Source of the DNA: Lentisphaerae bacterium GWF2_49_21 | GTDB taxonomy: Bacteria; Verrucomicrobiota; Lentisphaeria; Victivallales; GWF2-50-93 | DNA length: 64,000 nucleotides | NCBI GenBank assembly: GCA_001804805.1 | Contig: MHBH01000077.1 | Location: 87,355 to 151,354 of the forward strand | Direction: 5' to 3' | Part shown: positions 63,611 to 64,000 of the stretch, in pieces | How positions within the stretch are numbered: position 1 is the first letter of the stretch | Layout: each line of letters begins with the position of its first letter | The notes under the pieces: model-generated | The model's input: the letters and a program-made list of their open reading frames with translations, nothing else | Database searches by the model: none | What the model was told of the DNA's origin: nothing | Program-made: the position numbers and the translations under genes

Positions 63611-63753
63611 GCTGTAGCCGCGTCACTCTGCTGACGCGTCTTGTATTGAAGAACACGCCAACAGAGTGGCGTGGCTACAGCAGAGCAATTATAGAAAAAA
63701 CAAATCATTAGAAACAGAAAGGACGCGTCAGCAGAGTGACGCGGCTACAGCGG
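63611..63753 (+). repeat. REP cluster (3 REPs), right direct repeat of the RAYT cassette
   Basis: REPs at 63614-63640 (forward), 63654-63678 (reverse) and 63722-63748 (reverse). Confidence 0.85.
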
Positions 63754-63755
63754 AA

Positions 63756-64000
63756 TCAACAAAGAGGGCAATTTTTCAGGCACCCGCCCTTCCTGCAATG
63801 TTCCTTCGCCATGCGGACGAAAAGGGCATGGAATTCGTTGAAGATCTTTGGCTCATTCGGCAGATTGTCCATGAAATATTTCCTGAGTTCATGGTAGTCG
63901 ATGTCAGGCTTGAATCCGAAATGCCTCGACATGATCCTCTTCGTATATGCATCGATCACGAATGTCGGAAGATTGAAGCTGTACAGGAGGATGCTGTCCG
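63756..64000 (-). CDS. endonuclease III-like (HhH-GPD) protein, C-terminal part; 5' end lies outside the window
   Basis: ORF is open to the window edge. IDAYTKRIMSRHF... and the C-terminal Cys cluster (HCRKGGCLKNCPLC). Confidence 0.55.
   Translation of the reverse strand, partial: DSILLYSFNLPTFVIDAYTKRIMSRHFGFKPDIDYHELRKYFMDNLPNEPKIFNEFHALFVRMAKEHCRKGGCLKNCPLC

Larger units (their letters stand above)
62946..63753 (+). mobile_element. RAYT cassette: 142-bp REP cluster, RAYT gene, 143-bp REP cluster (direct orientation)
   Basis: The two flanks differ at only about 5 positions over 142/143 nt, including a 1-nt indel (about 97% identity). Confidence 0.75.

Overview
This 64-kb window is probably from an anaerobic bacterium resembling the PVC superphylum. 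That guess rests only on gene content (many sulfatases, DUF1559-type pseudopilins) and I cannot verify the taxon. Positions 1-18.2 kb hold a sulfated-glycan utilisation-type locus: 3 sulfatases, 2 paralogous FAD oxidoreductases, 2 TIM-barrel sugar isomerases, dehydrogenases, a beta-propeller, a CBM9-like protein, pseudopilins and 2 AraC regulators. Positions 18.2-21.5 kb hold four unrelated single genes (cupin, receiver, ClpP-fold protease, Zn-ribbon protein). Positions 21.5-36 kb hold a C1 operon: a standalone MetH-type homocysteine methyltransferase, a core-MetE-like methyltransferase, 2 cooC genes, CODH, an AcsB-AcsD fusion, AcsC, RACo and a DUF3786-like gene. No acsE is visible in the window. 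Next come a GIY-YIG mini-cassette, tRNA-Pro(GGG), a macro-domain gene remnant and gcvT-H-PA-PB. The right third carries GH2, AraC, MoxR/DUF58/transglutaminase, cstA, pmm, lolCD, mcsAB, a PAS histidine kinase, ldcA, recO, and a REP-associated tyrosine transposase (RAYT) flanked by two 142-bp REP clusters. The most striking non-coding signal is a dense system of GTAG-headed hairpins (REP/REPIN-like) in several sequence families, about 40 copies in total. These hairpins show compensatory stem covariation, a fixed G-T wobble, concentric nesting, insertions inside their loops and placement flush against stop codons, including inside the CODH/ACS operon. The window also carries locus-specific 7-9-mer tandem arrays just after stop codons, and a thrice-repeated promoter module.
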